Shown: positions 38,457 through 47,700 of the stretch, in pieces
Position numbering within the stretch: position 1 is the stretch's first letter
How the letters are laid out: every line of letters begins with the position of its first letter
Origin: Planctomycetota bacterium
GTDB lineage: Bacteria; Planctomycetota; GCA-002687715; DRQF01
DNA: 64,000 nt
Assembly (NCBI GenBank): GCA_047639315.1
Contig: JBLINQ010000001.1
Location: 20,010-84,009, forward strand
Direction: 5' to 3'
Made by a program: the position numbers and the translations under genes
Notes under the pieces: generated by a model
Seen by the model: only the letters and a program-made list of their open reading frames with translations
Database searches by the model: none
What the model was told of the DNA's origin: nothing

Positions 38457-40478
38457 CTATTGAACGATGACGCTGAGGCCATTGGAGATTTCAAATTGTC
38501 CATTTGCGCCCTGAATCAAGGCCTGCATGGTGAATGTAATTGGTTCACCAAAAGCTGGAACTGTGACCGCCCAAGGTGCAGCTGTCGATGGCGTCAATGC
38601 GTCTGGACTCTGGGTGACCGAGTCGGCCAGCAAGAAGAGTGCGAAGCTATTTGGGTTGACGGCGTACGGCGTGAAGAGCATCGGCGCCCCGATAAAATCA
38701 ATGAAGAATGAATCTTCAGGCTCGGGCAGTCCGATGGTCCCAAATATGATGAATTGAGCTGGGAAGCCATTCAGAGAAGGATTGCGCATTTCGATGACCG
38801 AGGGCTGGGACATCGCTAAGTGGACCACTTTCCCTGGGGTTCCGGTGGCGCCGTCTACGAGCAGGACTTCTTCAGGATCACCGTTGAAATCGACGAGTGT
38901 GCCCATGAAGTTGCCACGAATTCCAAAGTATTCGTCGGCGCCAACATCAACAGTAAGGCCGAAGTTTCGGGTCTCACCATCAAAATCGGCTGTCGAGGTT
39001 GTCAGGCTCGAATCACCCGCATCAATGCAAGGTGAGCCATCAAGCAGGTGGAAATCGAGAATGAATGGATTGACCCACATCGGATCGGCATCAAAATTCC
39101 CAGCACCCGGATGGCCACCCAGGACGTTGCAAGCAGAAACGGTGAATTCCTGGGCCACAGTAGCGCTCGGCGATGATCGGAAATGTGAACCGAAGCTTGG
39201 GTAGATGATGGAATTTGAAATTCTAATATCGGCTGTTTGCGTCGAATCGACCGAAACAGCAGCACCTTCAAAGGCCGCATTCGCCACAAAGTTGCAATGC
39301 TCAACAATCAGCGTGGCAGGATTTCGTTGATGGATTGCACCACCAAAGCCGCGCGCCTGGTTGTCGGCGAAAATGCATTCGCCAATCGTCGCTGGCCCGG
39401 CGTTGAAGTCTAAGTTGAGACCCGCGCCCTCTTCCGCTCCATTGCTGTAGAACTTCGAGTTACTGATTACAGTGCCGCTGCTGGCTGACGACAATGCACC
39501 GCCGCGTCCACCAATGAGTGGGATGCTGTTGGTGTTAGGAACCACTCCTGTCTTGTTCCCCGAGAATAGGCAGTTCACGATTTCGAGCGTTCCACCAAAA
39601 GTGCGAATGGCGCCTCCTTGCCCAGCAGGCCCCGCGGCACCGTCTGTGACCCCAGTCGTGTCATCACCACCGTCTCCGCCATCCCCGGCGGTGTTGTTGA
39701 TAAACGTGCAGTTAGAGAAGGAGAGGTCGGTGTTTTCGGCATAGATAGCGCCTCCATCTCCGCCAAAACCTCCTGGCCCTGGAGCATCATCGGGGGCAGT
39801 CTCAGGAGAACCTTTGCCGCCCTTGCCCGCCTTGTTGTCGACGAAGTTGCAATCAATGAAGTCGGCGGTGGAATTGGCCAAGAAGAGTGCGCCACCAAAA
39901 CCACCGAAGTTGGTGTAAAAGTTACCAACGTCTTCGATCGGACCTTGGCCACACTGGTTGTTCTGAAACAAACAGCCGACAAATGTTGGCCCGGCAAAAT
40001 ACACGGCCCCAGCGGCGCCGTGGGCATCGTCGCCATCAAGCCGCGTGTTATTGATGAACTTACAATTGTGAATGATGGGCGAAGCAACAATCAACAGAAG
40101 AGCGCCACCAAAAGACAGTCCAACGTCACCAGTCAGCGTGAACCCACTGACCAACGATGCTGTCGACTGTCCACCGCCCATCAGGATCTTGTTGTTGGTG
40201 CCGGCCAAGACCGTGACGTCAGGGCCACCAGTTGATCTGAGCGTGATGTTCTTGATGCCGAAATCGATCGGCATTGGCAGGACGTGGATGCCTGGGAGGA
40301 CCTCAACAATGTCACCCTCTGCCGAGGCCAAAACAGCACCCTGTATCGTCGGGAAGGCCGCGGTTGGCGCGTGACGTATGACCTGAGCGCTCAGCGCGAG
40401 GCACGCGCATGAAAACAGCAAAACGATATAGACAGGAACTCTATTTGACATAAAGCAGACCGAGTATTCTGGTGACAT
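38457..40478 (-). CDS. Secreted right-handed beta-helix protein with Pmp-type GGA(I/L/V) and FxxN repeats.
   Basis: It has a signal peptide. The repeats GGAIYAEN, GGAIRTFGG, GGALSSASSG, FINNTAGDGGDGG, FSGNKTG and FADNQARGFGGAI recur. No C-terminal beta-barrel is present. Confidence 0.7.
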   Translation of the reverse strand: MSPEYSVCFMSNRVPVYIVLLFSCACLALSAQVIRHAPTAAFPTIQGAVLASAEGDIVEVLPGIHVLPMPIDFGIKNITLRSTGGPDVTVLAGTNNKILMGGGQSTASLVSGFTLTGDVGLSFGGALLLIVASPIIHNCKFINNTRLDGDDAHGAAGAVYFAGPTFVGCLFQNNQCGQGPIEDVGNFYTNFGGFGGALFLANSTADFIDCNFVDNKAGKGGKGSPETAPDDAPGPGGFGGDGGAIYAENTDLSFSNCTFINNTAGDGGDGGDDTTGVTDGAAGPAGQGGAIRTFGGTLEIVNCLFSGNKTGVVPNTNSIPLIGGRGGALSSASSGTVISNSKFYSNGAEEGAGLNLDFNAGPATIGECIFADNQARGFGGAIHQRNPATLIVEHCNFVANAAFEGAAVSVDSTQTADIRISNSIIYPSFGSHFRSSPSATVAQEFTVSACNVLGGHPGAGNFDADPMWVNPFILDFHLLDGSPCIDAGDSSLTTSTADFDGETRNFGLTVDVGADEYFGIRGNFMGTLVDFNGDPEEVLLVDGATGTPGKVVHLAMSQPSVIEMRNPSLNGFPAQFIIFGTIGLPEPEDSFFIDFIGAPMLFTPYAVNPNSFALFLLADSVTQSPDALTPSTAAPWAVTVPAFGEPITFTMQALIQGANGQFEISNGLSVIVQ

Positions 40479-40716
40479 GGATTTAGCAGTGCGAGCAGGT
40501 ACTCGCCTTAGGATAGTCGCTCATCGCACACTCTGATAGCTTTCTTTTATCGAAAACTAATTCGAGGCTGTAAGGATTTTGCAAAGTGCCTATGAAACAG
40601 TAGTTTAGGGCGAGTTCGAAGGCCTCCAAGAAAGACCTTATCGACGAGAAGCCGCCGTGTGTTATTCGTCAATTATCGAGCCGAAAAACGGCCCAAGATC
40701 AACCAAGGTCTGAGAC

Positions 40717-43596
40717 ATGCCTGAATCGAGTGAAGTTGATGCTTTCCTCAAACAATATCGAGCGGACCTAGATTCCGGCCAAGAGCGGGACCTTGACGAC
40801 TATTTAACGTTGTTTCCCAACGATCCCGAAGGGGTATCAATCGCGCACCGCTCCCTGATCGACGGCTCGACCATTTTCACAGCCCAAGACGAAAGCGACA
40901 GAGCCGAAACTCTTAACATGGGCGCGCTGCCCATCACGCCCTCGCCGACAATCAAGAAACTTGGCCAATACCACATTGTCAAACAGATTGGTCGAGGGGG
41001 GCAAGGGCTCGTATTCCTGGCCAAAGATGAGCGCCTTGGAAGACTTGTTGCTCTCAAAGTCATGCACGGGCTGTCCATGCAGTCCCCTGATAACCTCCAG
41101 AGATTTCGCCGTGAAGCTGAGGCCGTCTCGCAACTCGATGACCCCGGGATCTGCACCGTATTCGAAACTGGAACGATTGAGGGTGTGCCCTTCATCGCCA
41201 TGCAATACGTTGATGGTCGTAGCCTTTCGGAATTGTTGAAAGCGGACATCCTCAAGTTCAAAGAGAAGAACGTTGACGGCACAATCGCGGATGCCAAGAG
41301 CCAAGCCTCTCATAGCTCAGTCCGCGCCCGCGTTGACTATTACGTGTCCTTGGTTGAGCGCGTTGCTCGCTCTCTCGCGACCGCACACGAAAAAAATCTC
41401 GTTCACCGAGATATCAAGCCCGGCAACATCATGGTGGGCAAGGACGATCGCCCGATCATCCTCGATTTTGGTTTGGCTCATGTAGATAATGATGATGGCC
41501 TAACCAATACCGGCGACGTCTTGGGCACCCCAGCCTATATGGCTCCGGAACAAATTCGCGGCGAGCTCCAACGCATCGACATTCGGACCGACATCTACGC
41601 CTTGGGCGTGACACTCTTCGAATGCGTCACCATGGAGCGCCCGTTCTCAGGCCCGACGCGTCAGGCGCTCTATCGCCAGATCATCGAAGGTCGGCTTGTT
41701 TCTGCCTCGACGTATGTACCTAATATTCGCCGAGACCTCGATATCATCCTGCGTACCGCGATGGATGCCGACATGAATCGGCGGTACCAAAGTGCTGACG
41801 CATTCGCTGATGACTTGGCACGATTCCTTAGGCGAGAAACCATTCAGGCCCGTCCAGCCAGTTGGAGCCTCATTCTTTCGCGCTGGGCCGAACGCAATCC
41901 AGCCTTAGCTGTTTCTTTGGCGATCTCTTTCCTTTCATTGTTAACAGGATTAATTCTGACGACGTCCCTTTGGCGACAAAGCGACTTGGACCGCCAGAAA
42001 GCTGAACGAGAAACAAGGCGGGCCGACACCAAAGCCCAAGAGGCAAAAGAGAATCTGGATAGTTACGAAATGCTCTCCGATAGTTTGCGTTACAGCCATT
42101 TCTTGCAGGAGATGCCTAGTTTCTATCCACCTCATCCAGAGCGAATACCGCTGCTTGACAAATGGCTGAATGATGTCGAAGAACTCCTTCAAAGAGAGCC
42201 ACTCTATCGCGCGCTTCTGCAACAGCTCCAAGAGGAATCTCATGCTCTCGAGTTCGCAGAAATCGCACAACAGCGACACGCCCCAGATGTGAAGATTATC
42301 AACGGCATCCGAGAGCGGCTCATCGTAATCAATGAGGCACTGGCGGAAGATCTTCCGGCGGAACAGCGCACTTCGTACGAAGCTATGCAGAAGCGTGTGA
42401 AGATTCTCCTGCAGGAGATGGAGCGAGCCACGCTGGCGCAATTCGAACACGTCTTTTCTGATGCTGATAAGGAATGGCGCCATGACAACATCAAGCAGCT
42501 CATCGACAACATTGAATTGCTCAAAGAGAAGTCTGATCCACTGGCGCCAGTTGCAGCGATGCTCCGACTCAAGTCACAGTGCCAACGCATTCAGCAAGAG
42601 AGTTTGATCGACGCGTCACAAATTTGGGACGAAGCCATTAAGAGCATCGGGGACCAAGATGACTGCCCACTTTACCAAGGACTAGTCATTGAGCCTCAGC
42701 TCGGGCTTGTTCCCATCGGTAAAGATTCTAAGTCGGGTCTCTGGGAATTTGCTCACGTCCTCACCGGGAGCATGCCTGAGCGAAGTGAAGACGGCGAGCT
42801 GATTCTCAAGCCAGATTTTGCCACGATACTCGTTTTGCTTCCCGGCGGACGGCACACCATTGGTGCCAGAAAACCGAGCTTTGAGGGCGAGACCGGACCC
42901 CATATTGATTTCTTCGCTTCGGGGCTCGAGTACGAGCCCCGGGTTGTCGATCTCCATCCCTTCTTTGTCGGCAAACACGAATTTACTTTGTCGCAATGGG
43001 GCATTGGCACTGGTGACGAGTTGAGATCAATGCCCGGCGAGCATGAAGTCACGGAAGCTGAGTTTCATGCCGCAGGTCGTCAACCACTGAGTCGAGCAAA
43101 CTGGTACACGGCGGAGCGTTTCACTCAACAGCTTGGATTTGACCTGCCCACGGAAGCGCAGTGGGAATATGCCTGTCGCGGAGGGACTACGACGACTTGG
43201 TGGTGTGGCAGTACCCCAAACACGTTGGCTGGCATTGCCAACATCAATGATGCTGAAGCGCGGCGTATTGGGCTCAATAAGTGGAATGATGGTTTTGAGC
43301 GTTTGGCACCAGCTGACAGTTTCGAGCCCAATCCATTTGGCCTTCATCACATCTATGGCAACGTGTGGGAGGTGACCCGCGACGATCTTGTCTTAGATGC
43401 GACTGGCTTTTCCCCGGGAGATGGTCTTCATTCGATCACGATAGAAGAAGATGTTGTTATCAGGGGTGGGGGGAGCCAGAACGCCCCTGTTCGGTGCACG
43501 TCTGCATCGCGAGCCCAGGTCGCGAAGGAAAGCAGTGCGTCAACCATTGGTATTCGCGTGTGTCGAAAAGTTTACGGATTATGGAGGCGACCTTGA
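40717..43596 (+). CDS. Ser/Thr protein kinase (N-terminal) fused through a TM and coiled-coil region to a C-terminal formylglycine-generating-enzyme (FGE/SUMF1)-like domain.
   Basis: The kinase subdomains are VALKVM (VAIK-type), HRDIKPGNIM, DFGLA, APE and a Gly loop GRGGQG. The TM helix is PALAVSLAISFLSLLTGLILTT. The C-terminus RANWYTAERFTQ...WEYACRGG...FEPNPFGLHHIYGNVWEVT...RGG is the FGE-sulfatase fold signature. Confidence 0.8.
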   Translation: MPESSEVDAFLKQYRADLDSGQERDLDDYLTLFPNDPEGVSIAHRSLIDGSTIFTAQDESDRAETLNMGALPITPSPTIKKLGQYHIVKQIGRGGQGLVFLAKDERLGRLVALKVMHGLSMQSPDNLQRFRREAEAVSQLDDPGICTVFETGTIEGVPFIAMQYVDGRSLSELLKADILKFKEKNVDGTIADAKSQASHSSVRARVDYYVSLVERVARSLATAHEKNLVHRDIKPGNIMVGKDDRPIILDFGLAHVDNDDGLTNTGDVLGTPAYMAPEQIRGELQRIDIRTDIYALGVTLFECVTMERPFSGPTRQALYRQIIEGRLVSASTYVPNIRRDLDIILRTAMDADMNRRYQSADAFADDLARFLRRETIQARPASWSLILSRWAERNPALAVSLAISFLSLLTGLILTTSLWRQSDLDRQKAERETRRADTKAQEAKENLDSYEMLSDSLRYSHFLQEMPSFYPPHPERIPLLDKWLNDVEELLQREPLYRALLQQLQEESHALEFAEIAQQRHAPDVKIINGIRERLIVINEALAEDLPAEQRTSYEAMQKRVKILLQEMERATLAQFEHVFSDADKEWRHDNIKQLIDNIELLKEKSDPLAPVAAMLRLKSQCQRIQQESLIDASQIWDEAIKSIGDQDDCPLYQGLVIEPQLGLVPIGKDSKSGLWEFAHVLTGSMPERSEDGELILKPDFATILVLLPGGRHTIGARKPSFEGETGPHIDFFASGLEYEPRVVDLHPFFVGKHEFTLSQWGIGTGDELRSMPGEHEVTEAEFHAAGRQPLSRANWYTAERFTQQLGFDLPTEAQWEYACRGGTTTTWWCGSTPNTLAGIANINDAEARRIGLNKWNDGFERLAPADSFEPNPFGLHHIYGNVWEVTRDDLVLDATGFSPGDGLHSITIEEDVVIRGGGSQNAPVRCTSASRAQVAKESSASTIGIRVCRKVYGLWRRP

Positions 43597-44183
43597 AGAG
43601 AACATTGCTCTTAGATGTGATGAGTACCTTGGTCTATGACCCTTTCTATGTCGAGATGCCCAAGTTCTTTGGCATGTCGCTCACTGAGCTAATGCGTGAA
43701 AAGCATCCAACGGCATGGGTGGAGTTTGAGACCGGTCGATGGACCGAGCAGGAATTCCTCGACAACTTCTTCGCAGATGGAAGGCGTTACGATCAAGCCG
43801 GTTTTAAGGAAGTGACATTGTCGTCCTATGAGTGGATTCCTGGGATCGAGGAGTTGCTAAGGGAGCTTCAAGAATCCGAAGTTGTGATGCATGTCGTGAG
43901 CAACTATCCCAAGTGGTATGCCGACATTGAGGCGAAGTTGAAGCTCAGCCGCTATTTGCCGTGGACTTACGTTTCCTGCGATTGGGGCCATCGAAAGCCG
44001 GATCCGCAGGTATTCTCCGGACTTCTCGGCCAACTTGGATTGTCGCCAGAGGCCACCTTCTTCGTCGATGACAACGGTGCGAATTGCGATGCTGCAGTCA
44101 ACTATGGCATCGACTCCCATCGTTTTCAGGACGCAGAACACCTGCGCAAAGCACTCATCGCCGGAAAATTTTTGAGGCCCTAG
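43581..44183 (+). CDS. HAD-superfamily hydrolase.
   Basis: LLLDVMSTL is motif I, and the C-terminus carries a FFVDD-type motif. The ATG at 43581 overlaps the kinase gene by 16 nt. The ORF-table start at 43365 falls inside the kinase gene and is unlikely. Confidence 0.6.
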   Translation: MEATLKRTLLLDVMSTLVYDPFYVEMPKFFGMSLTELMREKHPTAWVEFETGRWTEQEFLDNFFADGRRYDQAGFKEVTLSSYEWIPGIEELLRELQESEVVMHVVSNYPKWYADIEAKLKLSRYLPWTYVSCDWGHRKPDPQVFSGLLGQLGLSPEATFFVDDNGANCDAAVNYGIDSHRFQDAEHLRKALIAGKFLRP

Positions 44184-44358
44184 TGCCTCAAATTCCAACA
44201 ATTCCTCTCGAAACACCCAAATTCAACTCAATTAAGCGTCGGCTTTTACCACACTCGGAAAATCCTAATCACTGGGGTGGAAAGGATTTCAGTGTCGATT
44301 GCTTCGACCCGATAAGAAACGAAGTAAGAGGACATTCCCGTGTGGGGCAGAGGACAAG

Positions 44359-45357
44359 ATGAGTCAAAGCGACTTATTAGACATACCGGCAATCGACGCT
44401 CTGCTTGAACGTTTCCGAACGCGTCAAGCTGAGCAGGTAGATCTCGCCACAACGACCACCGATTTTACGGTTGATGAGCCCAGCACTTTGGGCCCCGAGG
44501 CGATGCACGCCATGGGTGTTCGTCTTCGTATGGTGGCAGACCGTATGGCCGGTGATCTCAGCGCAGTGTTGCGGGCTCAATTCTCTTGCGACGTTCAAGA
44601 CTTCTCCCTGGTTCGACTACGCAGCCTCGTCGACAAGATGCCGAGCCGTTGTTGTGTGATTGAACTGGACGTCACCGAGTTGGCCCTGCCGGCCTTTCTT
44701 GCAATTGACGTCGGGACGGCCGCATCGATTATCGATCGTATGGTCGGTGGAACGGGTGAGGCAAAGAAGTTCGACCGAGACTTGACCGACATCGAACAGC
44801 GGGTCGTAGCGGATGTCGTGAATCCTGTCGTCGATGCATACCAATCAATCATGACTGGCGTCGCCCAGTTGACCATGTCTTGGCAGAGGTTCATCGGAAC
44901 CCGAGACCAGTTAGCGGTCTTTCCGTCAACCGAACTCTATCTGACGGCGAAGTTTGAAGCGACTGTTGACACTGGCTTGACCTGGCATTTCGAATTCATG
45001 TTGCCAGTTTCCCAGTTGACGCAAGAACTCGAATTGGCTGCTTCGATTCCAGTTCAAACCGCCGAAGTCGCTCGCGACCGGCGTCAGGGATTGAAGCGCC
45101 TTCTTTGCGAGGTTTCAGTGGATAGCACCATCGAAATCGGAACCTCCATTGTCAGCCTCCGGGATGTCTCGACCTTAGCTGAAGGGGACATTATTGTGCT
45201 CGACAGCAAACCAGGCCAACCCCTACAATTTAAAGTGGGTGGCAAAACCAAATACATCGGCTCACTTGGGCGTTGTGGATCCAACATGGGATTCAAGATC
45301 GAAGAACAAGTGGACGGGAAGTCGTCAGAACAGATTAACAGGGGAGCTGGTGGATGA
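44359..45357 (+). CDS. fliM: Flagellar motor switch protein FliM.
   Basis: MSQSDLLDIPAIDALL is FliM N-terminal-like. The middle is CheC-like. The C-terminal SpoA domain reads LRDVSTLAEGDIIVLD...GKTKYIGSLGRCG. The start is the ATG at 44359. Confidence 0.7.
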   Translation: MSQSDLLDIPAIDALLERFRTRQAEQVDLATTTTDFTVDEPSTLGPEAMHAMGVRLRMVADRMAGDLSAVLRAQFSCDVQDFSLVRLRSLVDKMPSRCCVIELDVTELALPAFLAIDVGTAASIIDRMVGGTGEAKKFDRDLTDIEQRVVADVVNPVVDAYQSIMTGVAQLTMSWQRFIGTRDQLAVFPSTELYLTAKFEATVDTGLTWHFEFMLPVSQLTQELELAASIPVQTAEVARDRRQGLKRLLCEVSVDSTIEIGTSIVSLRDVSTLAEGDIIVLDSKPGQPLQFKVGGKTKYIGSLGRCGSNMGFKIEEQVDGKSSEQINRGAGG

Positions 45358-45746
45358 CTCAGGACACCGTAGACGAAACAACTGAAGCAGTCGACAGTGG
45401 TGCGGCGAAAGAGGCGGTTCAGGAAGAAGCCACTGTCTCTGATGTTGCAGCCGTTGATTTTGAAGATTTTCAGAGTCCCGGCAACACCTCGAGTCCCGGG
45501 GCATCATCTGAGAATCTTGGACGCGTCATGGACGTCAAGGTGCCCATGACTGCGCGCATTGGCATCGTCAATAAGACGATCTCAGATGTGATTGACTTGG
45601 TGCCGGGGTCCATTGTTGACTTGGAGCGCAATGCCGGTGAGCCCATCGATCTCGTCATCGGCGACAAACTAATCGCACGCGGTGAAATTGTCGTGGTCAA
45701 AGATCGTTATGGCGTTCGGATCGTCGAGGTCATTCAGGACGACTAA
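45354..45746 (+). CDS. fliN: Flagellar motor switch protein FliN.
   Basis: The C-terminal SpoA/FliN domain reads MDVKVPMTARIGIVNKTISDVIDLVPGSIVDLERNAGEPIDLVIGDKLIARGEIVVV. It overlaps fliM by 4 nt. Confidence 0.8.
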   Translation: MTQDTVDETTEAVDSGAAKEAVQEEATVSDVAAVDFEDFQSPGNTSSPGASSENLGRVMDVKVPMTARIGIVNKTISDVIDLVPGSIVDLERNAGEPIDLVIGDKLIARGEIVVVKDRYGVRIVEVIQDD

Positions 45747-46698
45747 GTTTCTTTTGAATGTCGTTGGGGCTGAATTCTGGCGGCAACACTGAAAAGAGTC
45801 CGAGTCGACCGCAACGAACGACGTTGCTGGTACTTGGATTCTCGAGCACAACGATAATGTGCTTGTCGCCGCAGTCCGGCAACTCTTTCATGCCGCGTAA
45901 GAGTGACAAGATGTGCTCCTCACCCTTATTCACTCCGATCACTGCGCCACTGACATCCTCGTCGAGAAATCCTCTCATCAACTCGGCAATTGTTTCACAT
46001 TCTTGCGGCTCTGCGCCCAGTTGCGCGACAATGTGATCTTTCATCGGAGACGATGCGGGATAAAAAACGAAGCTCCCTGAGGCTGAAGATCCGCTCTTGG
46101 CCTCGAGGGCCTGAGCGAAGTGTTCTCGGATGAATGTCGCCGACAAGACGACGTGGCTAGCTTCACTTTCTTCACCTCCGTACCTCACATTGATTTCAGC
46201 AACGAGGAATGATTCGGCTCCGATAGGATCTTGACCACTTGCCCAGGCGGAGCCTTCAATGATGTCATGATGGCTTGCCAAGTTATCGTTACTGCAGTCG
46301 CCTTTGACTGCATCGATAAGAGACTGGCTCAACAACTGCTGGGCGGTCATCATCGCGGCCTTCTCATCGTCTGAGAAGGGGGCCTCGTCAGCGAGGCGCT
46401 CAGCTAAAGCACCCTCACCGTCATCTGCTGGGCGCGATACAGCCAGAGCCACCTTGCGGCCACACAGCACAAAGAAATGACCCTCAGAATCGTCTAATTT
46501 AAGACCCCAGGAAAGCCCGTCGGACGGCACCTGGGAGCGAATTTCTTCTTCCGTCTTCAGCGCCAAGGCTTTGATGTCGATGTCGAGTGTGCACCCAAGT
46601 TCTCCAGCAGCCGACTTCCCCATAGTCGACAAGGATCGCTTGAGCCAAGCTTCTAAGGCCTTGATCTCTGGGTCAGCAAAGTCTATTTCTTGAGCCAT
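45730..46698 (-). CDS. Hypothetical cytoplasmic protein convergent on fliN.
   Basis: It is a 322-aa acidic protein with no clear motif. Its C-terminal third is weakly receiver-like (IIVVLENPSTSNVV...LPPEFSPNDIQKKL). Confidence 0.4.
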   Translation of the reverse strand: MAQEIDFADPEIKALEAWLKRSLSTMGKSAAGELGCTLDIDIKALALKTEEEIRSQVPSDGLSWGLKLDDSEGHFFVLCGRKVALAVSRPADDGEGALAERLADEAPFSDDEKAAMMTAQQLLSQSLIDAVKGDCSNDNLASHHDIIEGSAWASGQDPIGAESFLVAEINVRYGGEESEASHVVLSATFIREHFAQALEAKSGSSASGSFVFYPASSPMKDHIVAQLGAEPQECETIAELMRGFLDEDVSGAVIGVNKGEEHILSLLRGMKELPDCGDKHIIVVLENPSTSNVVRCGRLGLFSVLPPEFSPNDIQKKLSRPE

Positions 46699-46770
46699 GG
46701 ACTTCTTCCAAGTTCTTGTCTTTCAAGGAGATAGGAAACAGAGTTCCATATCACCTCGATGTAGGGGTGT

Positions 46771-47592
46771 TTGTATCTTTTAGTATATCGGATGTTTCAT
46801 TGGGATTATGTGAGCTTCATGGCTGGTTTTGAGGAAAAACCTGAAGGTGGGTTTGAAGCCGATTGGCGGGCCCGCTTTGATCGATTCGCAGCCCGGGGCG
46901 GTAGTGAGGCCACCGTTTCCGGCTGGTCCGAGCATGGACTGGCCCGAAGACTCCGAGCGATTAGCCTGTCACTGCGAAACCACAGCCCCGAATCAGGCGC
47001 TCGAGTCGTCGATCTCGGGTGCGGCACCGGGGTCTACTGTGACACCCTCCATGCCATGGGCTTCTCGCCAGTCGGAGCTGATTTCTCCTTGGGTATGCTG
47101 CGGCGAGCCCAAGAGGTCACCGATGATGTCCCACTTTGCGCCGCCGACCTAAATGCGCTGCCATTTGGCGACGGTCAATTTGGCGGTCTGGTTAACGTCG
47201 GCGTTCTCCAGCACCTAAGTCGTGTTGATGGGGCACTTGGGGAAATGAGCCGGGTCCTGAAGCCGAACGCCATGGCCTACCTTATCACGCTCAATCGGTG
47301 GTCCTTACACTCCTGCGCTGCCGCCCTGATTGGGCGTCTCAAGGCGTGGCGCCAGGGTCAATGGGTACCTCGCCAGCACGCCGTTCGCCGCAGCGTCGGT
47401 GATTTGCTCCACCAAGCTCAAACCGCTGGGTTCGAACAAGTCGAAGTCGTGGGCGTTTATCTCTTTCCGTCTGGTTTTGGTTTTCTCGAGCGCATCTTGG
47501 ATCGGCTCGATTTCTTGAAAATGCCAATCACCAAGCGCCCGCTATTCCTCTTCATGGCCAACGCCTATCAACTAGTCTTACGGCGCTCGTAG
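46771..47592 (+). CDS. Class I SAM-dependent methyltransferase.
   Basis: VVDLGCGTGVYC is the SAM-binding motif I. The start is uncertain; an ATG at 46819 (MAGFEEK) is possible. Confidence 0.7.
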   Translation: MYLLVYRMFHWDYVSFMAGFEEKPEGGFEADWRARFDRFAARGGSEATVSGWSEHGLARRLRAISLSLRNHSPESGARVVDLGCGTGVYCDTLHAMGFSPVGADFSLGMLRRAQEVTDDVPLCAADLNALPFGDGQFGGLVNVGVLQHLSRVDGALGEMSRVLKPNAMAYLITLNRWSLHSCAAALIGRLKAWRQGQWVPRQHAVRRSVGDLLHQAQTAGFEQVEVVGVYLFPSGFGFLERILDRLDFLKMPITKRPLFLFMANAYQLVLRRS

Positions 47593-47700
47593 GCCAAGGC
47601 GTTCTTCCAGGCTCCCCTCGTCTCGACCAGATCTACCTGACAAGCACTCCATTTTGACTTAGGATCACGTTTCAGACGTGTCCCAACAGAGAGAAGTTAC

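Noticed and set aside
43365-43580. Upstream extension of the HAD hydrolase ORF overlapping the last 230 nt of the kinase gene.
   Set aside because: The extension translates as Cys/Arg-rich non-protein-like sequence (MGGDPRRSCLRCDW...) inside the well-supported FGE domain frame. The ATG at 43581 starts the HAD motif I region.
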